Source: an uncultured Rubrivirga sp.
Lineage (GTDB): Bacteria > Actinomycetota > Actinomycetes > S36-B12
Direction of reading: 5' to 3'
Length of the DNA stretch: 64,000 bases
NCBI GenBank assembly: GCA_964385255.1
Contig: CAYLOH010000006.1
Location: forward strand, 9,368-73,367
Shown: positions 58,936 to 64,000 of the stretch, piece after piece
Numbering within the stretch: position 1 is the first letter of the stretch
How the letters are laid out: each line of letters begins with the position of its first letter
Position numbers and translations under genes: made by a program
Notes under the pieces: model-generated
Told to the model about the DNA's origin: nothing
What the model saw: only the letters and a program-made list of their open reading frames with translations
Databases searched by the model: none

Positions 58936-59342
58936 CGTACACCGACCCGACCGCGGTTGCTGCGATCGCACGCGCCATCGAGGTCGAACAGAATCTGGTG
59001 TACGCAGCAGGCCTCGCCGGGGCCTTCCTGCGCGATCGGGCCAAACGTCAAGCCATCGCACAACTGACTGAGCACCGAGGACGCGTGCAGGTGCTCGCAC
59101 AGATGGTGGACGCTGCGGAGGTGCCGACGCCACCGCCGGCGTTCCAGCCCCCCGTATCGATCACCGATGCCCGCACTGCACGCGATGCCGTCGCGCAGTT
59201 GAACAACGCGCTCGTGGGCGTCTACGCCGACGTCGCCGCCGTGACCGTGGAACAGGATCGAGCATTCGCCATCGCGTCCGCCCAGACATCCGCCCGGGCC
59301 GCCGTGCAATGGGGTGCGGCCAGCCAGGCCTTCCCGACCTAG
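58932..59342 (+). CDS. DUF4439 (ferritin-like) protein without a signal peptide
   Basis: GTGA overlap with the upstream paralogue. The sequence begins AIARAIEVEQNLVYAAGLAGAF and is a helical bundle of 136 aa. Confidence 0.7.
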   Translation: MTYTDPTAVAAIARAIEVEQNLVYAAGLAGAFLRDRAKRQAIAQLTEHRGRVQVLAQMVDAAEVPTPPPAFQPPVSITDARTARDAVAQLNNALVGVYADVAAVTVEQDRAFAIASAQTSARAAVQWGAASQAFPT

Positions 59343-60097
59343 CCGGCGACGATCAGTCGGACGATCAAGACCGCAACGACCACCAAGAAGACGATCCGAA
59401 CGAACCCGCTGCCACGGCGAAGTGCCATGTTCGCGCCGATCACCGCGCCGATGACGTTGAACACCGCCATCACCAGACCCACCTGCCACCAGATGTGGCC
59501 ACCGAAACCGAAGACGATGATCGCGGCGATGTTCGTGCCCAGGTTGACGATCTTCGCGGTGACCGATGCCGACAAGAACGAGTAGCCGAGTAACCCGACC
59601 AGGACGATCAACAGGAAAGATCCCGTTCCCGGACCGAGTAGACCGTCGTAGAAACCAATGACCAAACCGGCGATGCCGGCGATCGCGATGTGTCGTCGGC
59701 CCCGAAAGCGCAGCCGATCGACCGAGCCCATGCTCGGACTGACCGCGACCCACACCCACGCGAGTACCAACAGCGCGACGATCACCGGTTGGAACACCGA
59801 CTCGGGCAACGACGACGCGGTCGCCGCTCCCGCGAGCGCTCCCACGAAGGCGAGTCCGGCCATCGGCAGCGCCGCCCGCAGATCCGGTCGGACTTTGCGC
59901 AGATACGTGCCGGTCGCCGCCGCCGTGCCGAACACACTCGCCACCTTGTTGGTGCCCAGCGCCTGGACGCCCGGTCCGGGTAGGCCCAGCAGCAGCGCGG
60001 GAACCTGCAGCAACCCACCACCGCCCGCGACCGCGTCGACCCACCCGGCCACCAGCGCAGCCAGCGCCAGCCACACCAGGATGTCGAGATCGATCAA
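59339..60097 (-). CDS. TSUP family (TauE/SafE-like) anion exporter
   Basis: TTG 60097. It has about 8 TM helices, with AGWVDAVAGGGGLLQVPALL and FYDGLLGPGTGSF repeats. Confidence 0.8.
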   Translation of the reverse strand: MIDLDILVWLALAALVAGWVDAVAGGGGLLQVPALLLGLPGPGVQALGTNKVASVFGTAAATGTYLRKVRPDLRAALPMAGLAFVGALAGAATASSLPESVFQPVIVALLVLAWVWVAVSPSMGSVDRLRFRGRRHIAIAGIAGLVIGFYDGLLGPGTGSFLLIVLVGLLGYSFLSASVTAKIVNLGTNIAAIIVFGFGGHIWWQVGLVMAVFNVIGAVIGANMALRRGSGFVRIVFLVVVAVLIVRLIVAG

Positions 60098-60116
60098 CGC
60101 AGAACTACCGCAAGCA

Positions 60117-61886
60117 CTACGCGCGCACGAGCGAGACCAGGTGTGAGACCGCCTCGTCGACGGGTACGTCGACCCGATCGCCGGTCGCCCGATCTTTGAC
60201 CTCGATGACTCCGTCGGCCAAACCACGACCGACGACGACGATCGTCGGTACGCCAATGAGTTCGGAATCGTTGAACTTCACGCCAGGTGAGACGCCGCGT
60301 CGGTCGTCGAACAACACGCGAACACCGGACGATGACAACGAACTCGCCAAGGTTTCCGCGAAGTCGAAGACGGCGTCGTCCTTGCCGGTCGCGATCAGGT
60401 GCACGTCGGCGGGGGCTACTTCACGCGGCCAGATGAGTCCCTTCTCGTCGTGATGCTGTTCGGCGATCGCCGCAACCGCGCGTGAGACGCCGATGCCGTA
60501 GGAGCCCATGGTGACCGTGACCAGTTCCCCGGATTCGTCCTGCACCTGCAGACCGAGAGCGTCGGCGTACTTGCGCCCCAGCTGGAAGATGTGGCCGATC
60601 TCGATGCCTCGGGCTATCTCGACTGCAGCTCCGCACGATGGACAGGCATCTCCGGCGCGAACATCGGCGACGTCGATCACGCCGTCGGCTTCGAAGTCGC
60701 GCCCGTGCACGAGGTCGTAGACGTGACGACCGGGTTCGTTCGCTCCGGTTATCCACGCCGAACCACGCGCCACCCGCGGGTCGAGCAGGTACTCGATGCC
60801 CGAACTTCCTTCCAGCCCGAGCGCCCCCGGGCCGATGTAACCCTTGACTAGCGCCGGGTTGGCCAGGAAGTCCTTCTCTTCGAAGGCCCTGATCTCCGCG
60901 GGATACACCGCGGCTTCCAGCCGCCTCATGTCCACTTCGCGATCGCCGGGAACCCCGATGGCCACGGGACGCTCGGTGCCATCGGCGTAGACGCGCATCA
61001 CGATCACGTTCTTCAAGGTGTCCGACGCGGTCCAGGCGTCCCCGTCGACTCGGGCCAACTCCGGGCGGGAGTTCGATACCGCGACCAGTGTCTCGATGGT
61101 CGGGGTATCGGGGGTGACCTCGACATGTGCAGCGCCGACCGAGATGGGCTCGTCGACGGCCAGCGGCACCGACACCGCCTCGACGTTCGCCGCGAATCCG
61201 CATTCGGGGCAGCGCACGAAGGTGTCCTCGCCGACCGGGGTGGGCGCCAGGAACTCTTCGCTGGCCGATCCGCCCATGGCCCCGGACATCGCCGAGACGA
61301 TGACGTAGGACAGGCCAAGGCGATCGAAGGTGGTGATGTAAGCGTCGCGGTGTCGTCGGTACGAGCGCTCCAGGCCGGCATCGTCCACGTCGAAGGAGTA
61401 AGAGTCCTTCATGACGAACTCCCGACCGCGCAAGATGCCCGCACGCGGGCGCGCTTCATCGCGGTACTTCGTCTGGATCTGGTAGATGATCAAGGGCAGG
61501 TCCTTGTACGAGGAATACTCGCCCTTGACCATCAACGTGAACAGTTCCTCGTGCGTGGGGCCGAGCAGGTAGTCGTTGCCACGCCGGTCCTGGAGTCGGA
61601 ACAGGTTGTCTCCGTACTCGGTCCACCGATTGGTCGCCTCGTAGGGCTCGCGAGGGATCAACGCCGGAAAATGGACTTCCTGGAACCCGGCGGCGTCCAT
61701 CTCCTCTCGGACGATGTTCTCGACGTTGCGGTACGTCAGGTATCCCAATGGCAGCCACGAGAACACGCCCGGTGCGACGCGACGGACGTAACCGGCACGA
61801 ACCAGCAAGCGATGACTGGGCACCTCGGCGTCGGCGGGGTCGTCACGCAACGTGCGAAGCAGCAGCGTGGACATCCGCAGGATCAC
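60117..61886 (-). CDS. proS: Proline--tRNA ligase (bacterial type with an editing domain)
   Basis: 589 aa with [21 protein letters not shown] and [17 protein letters not shown]. Confidence 0.96.
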   Translation of the reverse strand: MILRMSTLLLRTLRDDPADAEVPSHRLLVRAGYVRRVAPGVFSWLPLGYLTYRNVENIVREEMDAAGFQEVHFPALIPREPYEATNRWTEYGDNLFRLQDRRGNDYLLGPTHEELFTLMVKGEYSSYKDLPLIIYQIQTKYRDEARPRAGILRGREFVMKDSYSFDVDDAGLERSYRRHRDAYITTFDRLGLSYVIVSAMSGAMGGSASEEFLAPTPVGEDTFVRCPECGFAANVEAVSVPLAVDEPISVGAAHVEVTPDTPTIETLVAVSNSRPELARVDGDAWTASDTLKNVIVMRVYADGTERPVAIGVPGDREVDMRRLEAAVYPAEIRAFEEKDFLANPALVKGYIGPGALGLEGSSGIEYLLDPRVARGSAWITGANEPGRHVYDLVHGRDFEADGVIDVADVRAGDACPSCGAAVEIARGIEIGHIFQLGRKYADALGLQVQDESGELVTVTMGSYGIGVSRAVAAIAEQHHDEKGLIWPREVAPADVHLIATGKDDAVFDFAETLASSLSSSGVRVLFDDRRGVSPGVKFNDSELIGVPTIVVVGRGLADGVIEVKDRATGDRVDVPVDEAVSHLVSLVRA

Positions 61887-61928
61887 TGGTGTCGTCCTCT
61901 CATTGGGCTCTCATCGGGAACCCGAACA

Positions 61929-62795
61929 CTAGAACAGCACGGTGGCGAACTCGCCTGTAGGGCGAAAGCCCACGGCGGCGTAGGTGCGCAATGCAGGTGC
62001 GTTGAAGGAATTCACATACAGCGACACGACGGGTGCGATCGAGGATCGGGCCAGCCGCACCACAGCGGCGACCGCCGGTTCCGCCAGGCCCCGTCCGCGC
62101 AGTTCCGGTGCGACCCACACGCCTTGGATCTGGCACGCATCCGGGGTCGCAGCTCCGACTTCGGCCTTGAATTCGATGCGACCGTCGACGATGCGTACGA
62201 AGGAGCGCCCAGCCCGCACGAGTTCCTCTATGCGTGCCCGGTACGCCGTTCCGGCTCCGCCACGCACGGGCGAGACCCCCACCTCCTCGGTGAACATCTC
62301 GATGCACGCAGGAACCACCACGTCCAACTCGCTGAGGTTGGCGCACCGCACCAGCGGATCGGCGTCGATGACTGGATCGCGATCCATCACCAGGAGCGGC
62401 TGCTCCGGGCGCACCTCGCGCGCCGGACCCCACGCCGGCTCGAGTAACCGCCACAGATCCATGACCTGGTCCGAAGGGCCTACGAACGACGAGCAGCGCC
62501 GGGGCATCGGGCGTAGCCGGTCGGCGAACGCCGCTCGCGACGCAGGGGTGGTGGCCACGGGCACCAGGTTCGCCCCCACGTAGACCAGCGATGCGAGCCG
62601 ATCGTCGTCGAAGTACCCCCACATGTCCCCGCCCAGGCGCCAGGGATCCAACCCCGCCCAACGCACCCGGGCGTCGATGAAGCAGTTGGCCACCGGATCC
62701 GCGCGCAGTAAATCCTCGGCCGCGGCCAGGTCGGAGGAGGTCAATTGCCGCACATACCCGACGAGGGACTTCCCCTCACCGGCGAACGTGGTCAC
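61929..62795 (-). CDS. GNAT N-acetyltransferase with an N-terminal DUF4081-like domain
   Basis: 288 aa with the C-terminal GNAT motif VAPELRGRGLAEPAVAAV. The position next to ispG matches that of the mycobacterial Rv2867c-type gene. Confidence 0.75.
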   Translation of the reverse strand: MTTFAGEGKSLVGYVRQLTSSDLAAAEDLLRADPVANCFIDARVRWAGLDPWRLGGDMWGYFDDDRLASLVYVGANLVPVATTPASRAAFADRLRPMPRRCSSFVGPSDQVMDLWRLLEPAWGPAREVRPEQPLLVMDRDPVIDADPLVRCANLSELDVVVPACIEMFTEEVGVSPVRGGAGTAYRARIEELVRAGRSFVRIVDGRIEFKAEVGAATPDACQIQGVWVAPELRGRGLAEPAVAAVVRLARSSIAPVVSLYVNSFNAPALRTYAAVGFRPTGEFATVLF

Positions 62796-62805
62796 GCAGG
62801 AAAAT

Positions 62806-63984
62806 CTAGACGGTCTCGACGACCGGCTTGCCGGATTCGCCTTCCATCTGCTCGGCCAATCGCATGGCCTCTTCGATCAATGTCTCCACGATCTGCGACT
62901 CGGGAACGGTCTTGACCACTTCGCCCTTGACGAAGATCTGCCCCTTGCCGTTGCCGGATGCAACGCCCAGATCGGCGTCGCGCGCCTCACCGGGACCGTT
63001 CACGACGCACCCCATCACGGCAACCCGGAGCGGCACTTCCAGGCCCTCGAGCCCGGCCGTCACCTGTTCGGCGAGGGTGTAGACGTCGACCTGCGCGCGA
63101 CCACATGACGGGCACGACACGATTTCCAAACCACGCTCGCGAAGGTTCAAGGACTCCAGAATCTGCAAGCCCACCCGCACTTCCTCGATCGGCGGGGCCG
63201 ACAACGACACTCGGATGGTGTCGCCGATGCCACGCGACAGCAGCCCACCGAAGGCGACGGCCGACTTGATCGTCCCTTGGAAGGTTGGGCCGGCTTCGGT
63301 CACACCCAGATGCAACGGGTAGTCGCACTGATCCGACAGCTGCATGTAGGCCTGCATCATGATCACCGGATCGTGGTGCTTCACCGAGATCACGATGTCC
63401 TGGAAGCCGTGCTCTTCGAACAACGACGCCTCCCACAGCCCGGACTCCACGAGCGCCTCCGGTGTGGCCTTGCCGTACTTCTCCATCAGCCGCTTGTCCA
63501 AGGAACCGGCGTTGACACCGATGCGGATCGGCGTCCCCATGTCCTTCGCGGCGCGCGCGATCTCGGCGACCTTGTCGTCGAACTGCTTGATGTTGCCCGG
63601 GTTGACGCGCACACCCGCGCAACCGGCCTCCAGCGCAGCGAACACGTACTTCGGTTGGAAGTGGATGTCCGCGACCACCGGAATACCCGACTTCTTCGCG
63701 ATGATGGGCAGCGCGTCGGCATCGTCCTGCGACGGCACCGCCACCCGCACGATCTGACAACCCGCCGCGGTCAACTCCGCGATCTGCTGCAACGTCGCGT
63801 TGATGTCGGCGGTGACCGTGGTGGTCATCGACTGCACGCTCACCGGGGCGTCCCCACCCACATTCACCGGGTGCTTGTCGTGTCGCAGATGCACTTGACG
63901 GGTCTTGCGGCGAGGAGCCACAACGGGGGGCGGGGCTGAGGGCATTCCCAGGCTTATCGACACCCCCTCATTATGGCTGCCCAC
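62806..63984 (-). CDS. ispG: 4-hydroxy-3-methylbut-2-en-1-yl diphosphate synthase
   Basis: [17 protein letters not shown] and the C-terminal Fe-S Cys residues ([11 protein letters not shown]...GCVVNGPGE). Start options are GTG 63984, GTG 63963 and ATG 63945. Confidence 0.93.
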   Translation of the reverse strand: MGSHNEGVSISLGMPSAPPPVVAPRRKTRQVHLRHDKHPVNVGGDAPVSVQSMTTTVTADINATLQQIAELTAAGCQIVRVAVPSQDDADALPIIAKKSGIPVVADIHFQPKYVFAALEAGCAGVRVNPGNIKQFDDKVAEIARAAKDMGTPIRIGVNAGSLDKRLMEKYGKATPEALVESGLWEASLFEEHGFQDIVISVKHHDPVIMMQAYMQLSDQCDYPLHLGVTEAGPTFQGTIKSAVAFGGLLSRGIGDTIRVSLSAPPIEEVRVGLQILESLNLRERGLEIVSCPSCGRAQVDVYTLAEQVTAGLEGLEVPLRVAVMGCVVNGPGEARDADLGVASGNGKGQIFVKGEVVKTVPESQIVETLIEEAMRLAEQMEGESGKPVVETV

Positions 63985-64000
63985 GCACCGCTCGGCCCTT

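Noticed and set aside
58071-60074. A 667-aa minus-strand ORF spanning rimP, both DUF4439 genes and the TSUP gene.
   Set aside because: It crosses several independently supported genes in other frames and strands, and its composition is Arg/Gly-rich. It is a shadow ORF.

Overview
High-G+C actinobacterial chromosomal segment with about 70 protein-coding genes, most of them on the minus strand. I found no rRNA or tRNA genes, no transposase or integrase, no CRISPR array and no recognisable defence island.

Backbone: the conserved actinobacterial information-processing and SOS neighbourhood, in the same order as the M. tuberculosis nrdR...gcpE region. It runs nrdR-nrdJ, chiZ-like LysM gene <> lexA, dinG-hflX-dapF, miaA-miaB, recX-recA, DUF3046, clgR, cinA-pgsA-rimO, HTH, ftsK, rnj-dapA-thyX, dapB-pepR-pnp-rpsO, ribF-truB-rbfA-infB-ylxR-nusA-rimP, proS, GNAT, ispG.

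Small accessory blocks interrupt this backbone:
- two aldo/keto reductases, then an MFS-amidohydrolase-lipoprotein operon (0.4-6.3 kb)
- a PGPGW protein and an SGNH hydrolase (10.1-11.2 kb)
- a divergent GT4 glycosyltransferase / PIG-L deacetylase pair splitting miaA from dapF (16.9-18.9 kb)
- MMPL with a TetR regulator (21.2-24.2 kb)
- sulfotransferase plus MFS wedged between DUF3046 and recA (26.1-28.0 kb)
- GNAT, a NarL-type two-component system, an AGPS-like flavoprotein, glpD and azlCD (38.0-45.9 kb)

Directly readable regulatory signals:
- Cheo-type LexA boxes at lexA/chiZ, with the identical 16-mer upstream of recA
- a RecA-NDp (PafBC-type) promoter motif proximal to recA
- candidate tandem NrdR boxes upstream of nrdR
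- an ECF-type promoter upstream of clgR
- a structured rpsO-pnp leader

I did not find a convincing self-contained novel multi-gene system. The most unusual items are:
1. A 759-aa sensor kinase built from two membrane-plus-cytoplasmic modules, the second a degenerate pseudokinase. It is translationally chained to an AGPS-like flavoprotein and a LuxR-type regulator.
2. A 105-nt three-tier nested palindrome that fills a convergent intergenic gap.
3. Three ATGAAC-initiated mini-ORFs or repeats in the infB leader.
4. The sulfotransferase-MFS insertion, whose stop region is formed by the recA SOS box.
5. A translationally coupled DUF4439 pair in which only the first member carries a Tat/lipoprotein signal.

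All functional calls come from reading the translations and motifs by eye. No database search was run.
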